Assembly (NCBI GenBank): GCA_023473585.1 | Contig: JAMCYU010000004.1 | Coordinates: 66,033 to 130,032, forward strand | Length of the DNA: 64,000 nucleotides | DNA from: Patescibacteria group bacterium | GTDB lineage: Bacteria > Patescibacteriota > Microgenomatia > JAMCYU01 | Direction: 5' to 3' | Shown: positions 33,851 to 41,943 of the stretch, piece after piece | Position numbering within the stretch: position 1 is the stretch's first letter | Layout: the number at the start of each line of letters is the position of its first letter | Notes under the pieces: model-generated | Database searches by the model: none | What the model saw: the letters and a program-made list of their open reading frames with translations, nothing else | What the model was told of the DNA's origin: nothing | Made by a program: the position numbers and the translations under genes

Positions 33851-34537
33851 ATGAAAAAACTTTCTAGTCTTTCGGTTGTCTATCCGGTTTTTAATGACAG
33901 TTACTCTCTTTCTCAATTGATTAAGAAAACCGTTGGGTTTCTGCCTTTTGTCGCCAACGAGTACGAAATCATTATAGTCAATGACGGCAGTGATGACAAG
34001 ACAACCAAAATCTTATTAAGCGAATTTGAGGAGAAAATTCCGTTTTTAAGCGTAATTAACCATAAGAAAAACTTGGGTTATGGAGCCGCTCTCGCAACGG
34101 GATTTGCAAAAGCGAAGTCTGATTTTATTTTTTATACCGACAGTGATGGTCAATATGATCCTCTGGAACTTAAGAAATTAGTCGCCAAATTTAATGATAA
34201 GGTCGATTTAGTTACCGGTTTTAAGCTTAATCGAGCCGACACATGGTTCAGAAGAATAATCGGATTTTTATATAATCATTTCGTTAAAATTCTCTTCAAT
34301 CTTAATGTCCGTGATGTTGATTGCGACTTTAGACTTTTCCGCCGAAGTCTTCTTCAGGGGCTGAACTTTAAAATCGCCAGCGGCGCCTTTGACGTTGATT
34401 TTATGAAAAAGCTGCAACAAAAGAAGGTTCGTTTCCGAGAAGTCCCCGTGCATCATTATAAAAGACAATACGGAAAATCGCAATTTTTTAGTTTCTTAAA
34501 TATTGCTAGAAGTTTGTTTGATTTAACAAAAATATGA
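33851..34537 (+). CDS. family 2 glycosyltransferase (polyprenyl-phosphate sugar synthase, ArnC/DPM1-like)
   Basis: GT2 motifs IIIVNDGSDD...YTDSDGQYD. Confidence 0.7.
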   Translation: MKKLSSLSVVYPVFNDSYSLSQLIKKTVGFLPFVANEYEIIIVNDGSDDKTTKILLSEFEEKIPFLSVINHKKNLGYGAALATGFAKAKSDFIFYTDSDGQYDPLELKKLVAKFNDKVDLVTGFKLNRADTWFRRIIGFLYNHFVKILFNLNVRDVDCDFRLFRRSLLQGLNFKIASGAFDVDFMKKLQQKKVRFREVPVHHYKRQYGKSQFFSFLNIARSLFDLTKI

Positions 34538-35640
34538 AACCCAAAATAAAAATACCCATTGTCAACTTGCAAAAAAATTATCAAGGTCTTCAAAAAGAAA
34601 TAAACCAAACCGTTCATAAAATTTTCCGGAAGGGTAATTTTATTCTCGGAGAAAATGTTTATTTTTTTGAAAAGGAATTCAGTCAATACCTGGGGGTAAA
34701 ATACGCCATCGGTGTGGCTTCGGGAACGGACGCTTTAATCTTAGCCTTCAAATCACTCGGAATCCGCTCAGAAGATGAGGTTATTATCCCTGCCAACAGT
34801 TACCCGACCGCTTTTGCGGTTGCTTCGGTAGCCACGCCAAAACTTGTCGATATTGATCCGCGGACTTTTAATATGGATGTTTCAAAGATAGAAAAAGCCA
34901 TCACCGTTAGGACCCGCGCCATTGTGCCCGTTCATCTTTTTGGTTTGGCCGCGGAAATGAAATCAATTCTCAAAGTGGCCAAAAAACACCATCTTTTTGT
35001 CATCGAAGACGTCGCCCAAGCCCACGGAGCCAGTTATGAGGGTAAAAAATTAGGCACTTTAGGAGATTTGGGTTGTTTCAGTTTTTATCCCACCAAAAAT
35101 TTAGGTTGTTGCGGCGACGGGGGAATGGTGGTCACCAATAATAAAAAATTGGCCGCATTAATTCGGCAGTTAAGAACCTATGGAGAAAAGAAACGTTATC
35201 AAAGCCTAAGGCCGGGAGTAAATAGTCGACTTGATGAACTCCAGGCTGGGATATTGCGCGTTAAACTTAAAAGACTCGATTCTTATAATCAATTACGACA
35301 AAAAGTTGCTTCCCATTATTTCTCCTGTCTTAAAAACGAGAAGATTATTCTTCCTCCCGAAAAATCTGACGGCAGCCACGTTTACCATCTTTTTACGATA
35401 CGCGCCAGGGAAAGAGACAGACTCAAAAGATATCTGAAAAAACATGGGGTCGAAACAAACATTCATTATCCATTACCTGTCCATCTTGTTAAAGCTTTTT
35501 CCTCTTTAAAATATAAAAAGGGAGATTTCCCGCAGGCCGAAAAGGCGTGCAAAGAAATACTTTCCCTTCCTTGCTATCCAGAACTCACCACCAGCCAAAT
35601 AACAAATATTTGCAATCTTATTAAATCTTCATTAAAATGA
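34534..35640 (+). CDS. DegT/DnrJ/EryC1/StrS family PLP-dependent sugar aminotransferase (ArnB-like)
   Basis: 368 aa, family-typical N-terminus and PLP-lysine region. ATGA overlap with the GT2 gene. Confidence 0.8.
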   Translation: MKPKIKIPIVNLQKNYQGLQKEINQTVHKIFRKGNFILGENVYFFEKEFSQYLGVKYAIGVASGTDALILAFKSLGIRSEDEVIIPANSYPTAFAVASVATPKLVDIDPRTFNMDVSKIEKAITVRTRAIVPVHLFGLAAEMKSILKVAKKHHLFVIEDVAQAHGASYEGKKLGTLGDLGCFSFYPTKNLGCCGDGGMVVTNNKKLAALIRQLRTYGEKKRYQSLRPGVNSRLDELQAGILRVKLKRLDSYNQLRQKVASHYFSCLKNEKIILPPEKSDGSHVYHLFTIRARERDRLKRYLKKHGVETNIHYPLPVHLVKAFSSLKYKKGDFPQAEKACKEILSLPCYPELTTSQITNICNLIKSSLK

Positions 35641-35644
35641 TTAC

Positions 35645-36205
35645 ATGAAAATCAATTTTCTTAGCGTTAACAATCAAGATGGTCTTATTGAAGGAATTAA
35701 GCTCTTTAAACTCAAAGTTAACCGCGATTCAAGAGGCATCCTCATGGAAACCTTTAAAACAAGCTGGCCAGAGGTTTTTGGTCCGGATCTTCCCTTCGGC
35801 CAAAGTTATTGTTCGGTAACCAACCCGGGTTTTGCCCGTGATGAGGATCGCTGGCATTATCACCCGACCAAACAAACGGATAGATTTGTTGTTGTCAAAG
35901 GAAGCGCCGTTTTCGCTATTTACGATTCGCGAAAGGATTCGAAAACTCGCGGACATTTAAATCTTTTTTTGATGGGGGATATAAATGGGGACAAAGGACA
36001 CTATCTTTTGGTTATTCCCCGTAATGTTCTGCACGGATTTTGCGTGGTAAGCAGGGAGCCTTGTTATCTTATCTCTTATATTTCCACCCTGTACGATCCC
36101 AATGAAGAGGGGAGAATTTCCTTTACGGAATCAGGCGTGGTCTTTCCTGACGGAACACCATTCTCTTGGAAACCGGTAAGAGAACAGTTTATCTCCCAAA
36201 AGTGA
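35645..36205 (+). CDS. RmlC-like cupin (dTDP-4-dehydrorhamnose 3,5-epimerase/sugar ketoisomerase family)
   Basis: 186 aa. [17 protein letters not shown]...HGF pattern typical of RmlC/FdtA cupins. Confidence 0.5.
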   Translation: MKINFLSVNNQDGLIEGIKLFKLKVNRDSRGILMETFKTSWPEVFGPDLPFGQSYCSVTNPGFARDEDRWHYHPTKQTDRFVVVKGSAVFAIYDSRKDSKTRGHLNLFLMGDINGDKGHYLLVIPRNVLHGFCVVSREPCYLISYISTLYDPNEEGRISFTESGVVFPDGTPFSWKPVREQFISQK

Positions 36206-37232
36206 GAATATCTTCATCCGCAAGTTTATGATTAAGACCGACGTTTTGGCCTGGAAATTTCACCGATTGACCCCAGACTTTGGCCTCTTTAACTTGCAAT
36301 TCTTGAGAAATCTTAAAAACGGCGTCTTTAACGGTTTGCCCTTTTTTTAAGATTAACGGTTTGTCTTTATCGGCTTCACAACCTGGCGTTTTTAAATACA
36401 CTCTGATTAAATTTAATTCTTGCCAGATTTTTTCTTTTAGTTCTTCAACCCCTTGGCCTAAAAGTCCGGAAAGATAAAGAAAATCGGGGTTTTTTTCATA
36501 ATTATTCCGCTGATCTATTTTGTTGATAACGGTTAAAGCCGGCAGATAAACCCGGTTGCCTAAAAAGGCATCAATTAATTGGTTAACGTTTAGGTCTTCT
36601 TTCACCTGAATTTCCGCGTTGACCAAACGAAATTCCGAAGCTATGGCCAAAGCCAGACTGACGTTACTTCTTAAACCACCCTTGGCTTTCTTTTTGATCA
36701 GGACAAGCGGCGGCTTTTGATTAATTCTGACACCGGCGGCATAAAGCTCTGTTTCGATGCTTTTTAACTGTTCTTCACTTTTTTGAATGTCCAAAATTAA
36801 AAGCAAAAGATCGGCTGATCTGACCACGGAGAGAATCTCCCGGCCCCGTCCCTTGCCCTTGGCGGCGCCTCCGACCAAGCCCGGCAAATCCAAAATCTGG
36901 ATTTTCGCCCCCTTATAATCCATCATCCCCGGAATCACGGTTATGGTCGTAAAGGCATAAGGCGCCACCCTGGAATTGGCCTCGGTCAGAAGGTTTAAAA
37001 GCGTTGATTTACCCACCGAAGGATAACCGACCAAAACGACGGTCGCGTCACCCTGCTTGGCCACGGCAAAAGCCGCCCCACCGCCGCCTTTTTTACTTTG
37101 TTTTTCGGCCAGTTCGTCTTCGAGTCTGGCAATCCGCGCCCGCATTTTTCCCAGATAATGATCGGTTCCCTTATGATGAGGGGTTTTTCTGATCTCTTCT
37201 TCAATTTGGGCAATTCTTTCCTGAATTTCCAT
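36189..37232 (-). CDS. DRG-family Obg-like GTPase with C-terminal TGS domain (archaeal/eukaryotic-type)
   Basis: Near-colinear match to DRG1: [11 protein letters not shown]...[42 protein letters not shown]...YAFTT...PG...[13 protein letters not shown]...[10 protein letters not shown]. Confidence 0.8.
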   Translation of the reverse strand: MEIQERIAQIEEEIRKTPHHKGTDHYLGKMRARIARLEDELAEKQSKKGGGGAAFAVAKQGDATVVLVGYPSVGKSTLLNLLTEANSRVAPYAFTTITVIPGMMDYKGAKIQILDLPGLVGGAAKGKGRGREILSVVRSADLLLLILDIQKSEEQLKSIETELYAAGVRINQKPPLVLIKKKAKGGLRSNVSLALAIASEFRLVNAEIQVKEDLNVNQLIDAFLGNRVYLPALTVINKIDQRNNYEKNPDFLYLSGLLGQGVEELKEKIWQELNLIRVYLKTPGCEADKDKPLILKKGQTVKDAVFKISQELQVKEAKVWGQSVKFPGQNVGLNHKLADEDILTFGR

Positions 37233-37236
37233 AAGT

Positions 37237-37367
37237 TGATAAATTATTAATTCGTTTCGCTCATTATATCAAAGATAAATGAGTGAACTTTGATTAATTC
37301 GTTTCGCTCATTATATCAAAGATAAATGAGTGAACTTTGATTAATTCGTTTCGCTCATTATATCAAA
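37237..37367 (+). repeat. tandem array (~2.7 copies) of 47-bp inverted-repeat module
   Basis: Unit gattaattcgtttcgctcattatatcaaagataaatgagtgaacttt repeats exactly at 37292-37338 and 37339-37367, with a variant first copy. On the minus strand each unit reads TGaTATAAT (extended -10) facing the DRG gene. Confidence 0.85.
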
Positions 37368-37412
37368 AAAGCCTCTCTTGAAAAGAATCGATAATTAGCG
37401 TATAAAAGATTC

Positions 37413-38228
37413 ATGAGGAAAAAAACGAAAAACGCGAACTTTTCTTCTCAAGATTTAATCCGCATCCCGACGGAAAGTAACGAACTTTTGGAAAAAGTTC
37501 TTCAGGAAATAAACCGAAATGTTGAGGTTAAAACGCTTTGGCGGGTCATGAACGTTAACGCTATCGAACGCCTGCACATGACCGATCACGGCTCGGTCCA
37601 TTTTCAGATTGTGGCCAACAGCGGGCTTCGCTTATTGCGGCTTTTGGTTAAAAGAAAAATTGAAATGTCCGTGACCAAAAATTATAAACTTTCCCATAAA
37701 TACGCCGAACTTGTGGTTTTGCTGGCCAGTCTTTTTCATGATTTGGGCATGTCGATTAATCGGGAAGGCCATGAAGACTTTAGTTTGTTTTTGACGGAAA
37801 ATCTTCTTAAAGATTTTTTATCTTTTCTACCGACCGAGGAAAGAGTCATCATTAAATCAGAAGTTTTACACGCCATTATCAGCCACCGCAGTGACGGCCG
37901 GCCTATTACCGTTGAAGCGGGGATTATGAGAGTGGCCGACGCTTTGGATATGAGTCAGGGACGCTCCCGGATTCCTTTTGAGGCCGGAAATATCGACATT
38001 TACTCCATCTCCGCCTACGCCATCGATAACGTCGAAATCAAGGAGGGTAAGGAAAAACCGGTCCAGATTAATGTTTATATGAATAATTCCTCGGGTATTT
38101 TCCAGGTTGACCAGCTTTTGAAAAGCAAGTTGGAAAACTCGGGTATTTCGCAATATATTGGGATTAAAGCTTTTGTCGTCGGCGAAGCGGAGAAGAAATT
38201 AATCAACGAGTTTGATCTAACGCCCTAA
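37413..38228 (+). CDS. HD-domain phosphohydrolase-like protein
   Basis: H..H...HDLG...H pattern (HGSVHFQ, FHDLGMS). Confidence 0.4.
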   Translation: MRKKTKNANFSSQDLIRIPTESNELLEKVLQEINRNVEVKTLWRVMNVNAIERLHMTDHGSVHFQIVANSGLRLLRLLVKRKIEMSVTKNYKLSHKYAELVVLLASLFHDLGMSINREGHEDFSLFLTENLLKDFLSFLPTEERVIIKSEVLHAIISHRSDGRPITVEAGIMRVADALDMSQGRSRIPFEAGNIDIYSISAYAIDNVEIKEGKEKPVQINVYMNNSSGIFQVDQLLKSKLENSGISQYIGIKAFVVGEAEKKLINEFDLTP

Positions 38229-39155
38229 TTTATTTTTTAATCCTTCGTACATAACCTTAGTTAATTTTGCCAGGTCATACTTGGGTTTCCAGTTCCAGTC
38301 TTTTCTCGCTTTTCTATCATCAATCGAATTCGGCCAGGAATCGGCAATTTTCTGCCGGTCGTCAGGTTTATAATTATAAGTAAAATCAGGCGCCAATTTA
38401 ACAATTTCCCCAATTAATTCTCTTGGGGTAAAACTGATGGCGGCAAAATTATAACTGGTTCTTATAGTTATTTTCTTTGCCGGCGCTTCCATAAGTTTGA
38501 TGGTTCCGTCAATCGCGTCGTCAATATACATCATGGGCAAACGCGTGTTCTCTTTTAAAAAGACAGTGTAGTGTTTTTGCCGTATGGCTCCATAGAAAAT
38601 ATGAACGGCATATTCGGTTGTGCCGTCACCCGGAGGGGCTTTATAACCGATAAGCCCCGGGTAGCGAAGGCTGCGGACATCCAGCCCGTATTTTAAAAAA
38701 TAATATTGGCATAAGAGTTCACCGGCAACTTTATTGACTCCGTACATTGTCGTCGGTTCAAGAATCGTCGATTGAGGAGTATTGATTTTCGGCGTCGTCG
38801 AACCAAAAGCAGCGATAGAGCTTGGCCAGAAAACCTTTGCTTTATATTTGACTGCCAAATCAAGAATATTTTTAAGACCACCCAAATTGACATCCCAGGC
38901 AAGTTGAGGATTTTTTTCACTGCCAACCGATAACAAACCGGCAAGGTGGTAAATCTCGTTTATCTTGTGTTTTTTAATGATTTTATCTAAGGAAAGGAGA
39001 TCGGTGACATCGCCATTTTCAACAATTGTCTGAGAATCTCTTGTGGCTTTATGAGCAAGGGTAACGATATTTTTTGCAGAATACTTTTTAGTTAAAGCTT
39101 CGACCAGGTCCGTACCAACTAATCCAAACGCGCCGGTAACCAGTATCTTTTTCAT
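38217..39155 (-). CDS. NAD-dependent epimerase/dehydratase (extended SDR; L-threonine dehydrogenase/GalE-like)
   Basis: N-terminal Rossmann VTGAFGLVG and catalytic YGVNK (YxxxK). Confidence 0.6.
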   Translation of the reverse strand: MKKILVTGAFGLVGTDLVEALTKKYSAKNIVTLAHKATRDSQTIVENGDVTDLLSLDKIIKKHKINEIYHLAGLLSVGSEKNPQLAWDVNLGGLKNILDLAVKYKAKVFWPSSIAAFGSTTPKINTPQSTILEPTTMYGVNKVAGELLCQYYFLKYGLDVRSLRYPGLIGYKAPPGDGTTEYAVHIFYGAIRQKHYTVFLKENTRLPMMYIDDAIDGTIKLMEAPAKKITIRTSYNFAAISFTPRELIGEIVKLAPDFTYNYKPDDRQKIADSWPNSIDDRKARKDWNWKPKYDLAKLTKVMYEGLKNKLGR

Positions 39156-39201
39156 CGGTTCATTTTAACGCATATTAATTCGGATTACTTACGATATTTT
39201 G

Positions 39202-39274
39202 TGAGCGACCAGGGGCTCGAACCCTGAACCTATTCCTTAAGAGGGAATTGCTCTACCAATTGAGCTAGTCGCCC
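39202..39274 (-). tRNA. tRNA-Lys (CUU)
   Basis: Reverse complement gives acceptor GGGCGAC/GUCGCUC, anticodon loop CUCUUAA, T-loop UUCGAGC. Confidence 0.8.
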
Positions 39275-39276
39275 TA

Positions 39277-39337
39277 AAAATTTGCTTGCAAAAAATCCTT
39301 TTTGCAAAAGTCGTTTCGCGAGTAAATTTTCAGGGTA
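39277..39337 (-). repeat. ~62-nt palindromic hairpin element (paralog of 30094-30162)
   Basis: Minus strand CCTGAAAATTTACTCGCGAAACGACTTTTGCAAAAAGGATTTTTTGCAAGCAAATTTTTAGG is ~80% identical to the 30.1 kb element. Overlaps the GIY-YIG stop codon and abuts the 5' end of tRNA-Lys. Confidence 0.5.
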
Positions 39338-39596
39338 AACCCTTCTTTTTATTTAAAATTAGTTTAATTTTATAATCCCTAGCCCATTTTTTAATAGCGC
39401 TTTCTCTTTTTCGTGCCTCTGATTGATTATTATATTCTTCAAAATATTTGAGTGTTACTGGTCTCTTTGGTCTAAGTGATTTTGCGCCTTTAATATTATC
39501 ATTATTATGTTCTATTATCCTTCTTTTGATATCGGTCGTTATTCCTGTGTAAAGGGACCCATCACTACATTCTACAATATAAACATACCACTTCAT
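39330..39596 (-). CDS. GIY-YIG nuclease family small protein (YhbQ/UPF0213-like)
   Basis: 88 aa; YVYIVECSDGSLYTGITTDIKRRIIEHN is a GIY-YIG motif. No SD; the ATG is 6 nt after a hairpin. Confidence 0.7.
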   Translation of the reverse strand: MKWYVYIVECSDGSLYTGITTDIKRRIIEHNNDNIKGAKSLRPKRPVTLKYFEEYNNQSEARKRESAIKKWARDYKIKLILNKKKGLP

Positions 39597-39602
39597 CGTG
39601 TT

Positions 39603-39635
39603 CGCACTGTAAAATCGTCAAAATTTTACAGTGCG
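39603..39635 (-). promoter_or_regulatory. perfect 13-bp stem hairpin overlapping the tRNA-Arg 3' end and preceding the GIY-YIG start
   Basis: CGCACUGUAAAAU-uuugacg-AUUUUACAGUGCG; no U-tract follows. Confidence 0.45.
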
Positions 39636-39705
39636 CCCCTGGCAGGAATCGAACCCGCATTACTGGTTCCGAAGACCAGAGCTTTATCCGTTAAGCTACA
39701 GGGGC
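39634..39705 (-). tRNA. tRNA-Arg (UCG)
   Basis: Acceptor GCCCCUG/CAGGGGC, anticodon loop CUUCGGA, T-loop UUCGAUU. Confidence 0.8.
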
Positions 39706-39720
39706 TTAACTTATTTTGTA

Positions 39721-39779
39721 AAAAATGAGCAAAATTATTGATATTTCTTTGATTAATTCGTTTCGCTCATTATATCAAA
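39721..39779 (+). repeat. partial copy (~1.3 units) of the 47-bp inverted-repeat module
   Basis: gattaattcgtttcgctcattatatcaaa (39751-39779) is identical to the 37.3 kb unit; preceded by the aaaaatgagcaaaa arm. Minus-strand TGaTATAAT faces tRNA-Arg. Confidence 0.6.
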
Positions 39780-40386
39780 TTTGTTCTTTTTTTGCTTCGC
39801 CGATGGTCGAAACTTCGCCGTGGCCGGGGTAGAGAATGGTTGCTTTGGGTAATTTAAATATTTTGTTTAAAGATTGATCCAGATCTTTTTTGGAGCTATA
39901 AGAAAAATCCGTGCGGCCCAAACCGTTGGCAAATAACGTATCACCGGAAAAAATAACCCCTTGACCCAAAAGACTGATCCCGCCTGGCGTATGGCCGGGC
40001 GTTTCCATAACTTTTAAAACCTCTTGCCCGAACTTAATTTTTTCTTTCTCTTTTAAAAAACGGTCAGCCGAAGGAGCCGGATCAACGCTAATGCCTAAAA
40101 AATATTGGGCGCTTTTTTGCGCCTGTTTTAATAAAAAGAGATCTTTTGCATGAATCAAAAAGGGGATTTGGTAGGCTAATTTAAGCTCCAAAGCCGCCAG
40201 GACATGATCAAAATGAGCGTGAGTTGCCAAAAGGGCCGTGGGTTTGAGCTTAAGGTCGGCAATTTTAGCCTCGATATAAGCGGCCGCCTCGCCCGGATCA
40301 ATAATCAAGGTTTCTTTGGTTTTTTCGTCCCAGACAAGATAACAATTCGTTGCCAACTGTCCAACGCTCAGTCTTTGCACCTTCAT
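39775..40386 (-). CDS. MBL-fold metallo-hydrolase (glyoxalase II-like)
   Basis: THAHFDH zinc motif; 203 aa. Confidence 0.7.
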   Translation of the reverse strand: MKVQRLSVGQLATNCYLVWDEKTKETLIIDPGEAAAYIEAKIADLKLKPTALLATHAHFDHVLAALELKLAYQIPFLIHAKDLFLLKQAQKSAQYFLGISVDPAPSADRFLKEKEKIKFGQEVLKVMETPGHTPGGISLLGQGVIFSGDTLFANGLGRTDFSYSSKKDLDQSLNKIFKLPKATILYPGHGEVSTIGEAKKEQI

Positions 40387-40465
40387 GATTTGATTTTAGC
40401 ATATTGACAATCTTTAGGGAATCTTGACTTGACACTTTTAAAAAGTTATGTAAGTATAGGGACAC

Positions 40466-41059
40466 ATGAAAAAAGTGCTACTCGTAGTTCTTTGGTTTCC
40501 GCTCACCATGGCAACTTTAAGCGGCGCCCTCTTGACTCTTTATTTCTTCGATAATGTCAGGGCCGGAGATTTGCTTTTTGCTAAACAAGCTAAGGAGTTG
40601 GCTTTGAAAAATCAATACGAGTTTTATGCCGCCCTCCCTCAAGTCTTGGGCTCATTGACAACCGTCGTTGAGGCGGCTGACGCCCGGCCGGAATTGATTC
40701 GACAATATCTTACTAAATACAATTCGCCGCTCTTACCCTACGCTGATTTAATCGTCAAGTTATCTGATCAGTATAATTTGGATTTCCGTCTGATCGTTTC
40801 CATCGCTCAATGCGAATCAAATGTTTGTAAAAGAATACCGGAAGGATCCTATAATTGTTGGGGGTTTGAAAATGGCGCAACCCATTTTCAATCCTTCGAA
40901 CAGGCTTTGGAACAAGTCGCCAAAACTTTAAAAGAAGGTTACATCGATCAGGGATTAACTACTCCGGACTTAATAATGCCCAAATATGCTCCACCGTCAG
41001 TGGCCAAAGGCGGCCCCTGGGCCAAATGCGTTAACCAATTTATGGAAGAACTTAAATAA
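40466..41059 (+). CDS. secreted GH73-like glucosaminidase-domain protein (putative peptidoglycan hydrolase), paralog 1
   Basis: Signal peptide; IAQCESN..NCWGFENG resembles the glucosaminidase ESGWG...NN.FG core. Paralogous to 41291..41833. Confidence 0.4.
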   Translation: MKKVLLVVLWFPLTMATLSGALLTLYFFDNVRAGDLLFAKQAKELALKNQYEFYAALPQVLGSLTTVVEAADARPELIRQYLTKYNSPLLPYADLIVKLSDQYNLDFRLIVSIAQCESNVCKRIPEGSYNCWGFENGATHFQSFEQALEQVAKTLKEGYIDQGLTTPDLIMPKYAPPSVAKGGPWAKCVNQFMEELK

Positions 41060-41077
41060 AGATTTCCTCCCCGAAAC

Positions 41078-41106
41078 TTGACAAGCCTATAATATTATGA
41101 TATAAT
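41078..41106 (+). promoter_or_regulatory. consensus sigma70 promoter
   Basis: TTGACA, 17 nt spacer, TATAAT (perfect consensus). Confidence 0.5.
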
Positions 41107-41112
41107 CCCCGC

Positions 41113-41290
41113 CAGATCCTGAGGTACGGAGGTATTTCACTTCCTACTTTAGGATTTTTTTATGGGCTTGTTAATGAGCCGGTAGGCAAGTTTTTACAAG
41201 CCCAAATCCTGCCAAAGCGCCCCTCGGAGGCAAGGACATAAGACTTTGCGACGAGGCAAGCGGAGGCGGATAGGAAGAGAGGTCAAGCTT
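41113..41290 (+). promoter_or_regulatory. ~180-nt structured 5' leader of the second GH73-like gene
   Basis: Long hairpin GAUCCUGAGGUA...UACUUUAGGAU followed by U7 (41124-41160); 7-codon uORF MGLLMSR (41162-41185); 8-bp stem GGGCUUGU/ACAAGCCC; three GGCAAG repeats; SD GAAGAGAGG before the ATG. Confidence 0.3.
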
Positions 41291-41833
41291 ATGAAAAAAC
41301 AGATCTGGTTGGCAGTTTTCGTTTTAACTGCCCTAATGATTCTTATCTCTCCCTCCTTTGTTATGGCTTCGGAGGGTAAAGAAGCCGCCAGCTCGGCTGA
41401 TATCTTTGTGGGTCAAGCGCCAAATCCTAATGTTGATAGATTGCGCCGGTTTTTGGCCTATTACGATTCGCCTTTGGCAAACTATGCGCCGGTTTTTGTT
41501 GAAAAGGCTTCTCGGTATAACTTAGACTGGAAATTGATTCCGGCCATTACGGGTGTGGAATCGACCTTCGGCAAGGCCATTCCTTTTAACTCCTATAACG
41601 CCTATGGCTGGGCTAACGGGGAATACTCTTTTAAGTCCTGGGAAGAATCAATTGAGGTTGTTTCAAAAACCTTAAGAGAAAACTATGCCAATAGGGGTGC
41701 TGATACCGTTGAAAAAATAGCGCCGATTTATGCTCCTCCTTCCCAAACCTGGGCCGGCAAGGTTTTGTATTTTATGGACAAAATTGAAAATTTTGCTCCT
41801 AACAAAACGATTGCTTTGGAACTTTCACTATAA
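41291..41833 (+). CDS. secreted GH73-like glucosaminidase-domain protein, paralog 2
   Basis: Signal peptide MKKQIWLAVFVLTALMILIS; ITGVEST..NAYGWANG core; conserved YAPPS near the C-terminus shared with paralog 1. Confidence 0.4.
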   Translation: MKKQIWLAVFVLTALMILISPSFVMASEGKEAASSADIFVGQAPNPNVDRLRRFLAYYDSPLANYAPVFVEKASRYNLDWKLIPAITGVESTFGKAIPFNSYNAYGWANGEYSFKSWEESIEVVSKTLRENYANRGADTVEKIAPIYAPPSQTWAGKVLYFMDKIENFAPNKTIALELSL

Positions 41834-41851
41834 TATAATGGCGTAAACCAT

Positions 41852-41933
41852 GCCGCGATGGCGGAATTGGCATACGCATACGGCTTAGGACCGTATCCCG
41901 CAAGGGTTGGGGGTTCAAGTCCCTCTCGCGGCA
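41852..41933 (+). tRNA. tRNA-Leu (UAG)
   Basis: Class II; acceptor GCCGCGA/UCGCGGC, anticodon loop CUUAGGA; TATAAT upstream. Confidence 0.75.
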
Positions 41934-41943
41934 CTTGCTCTTT

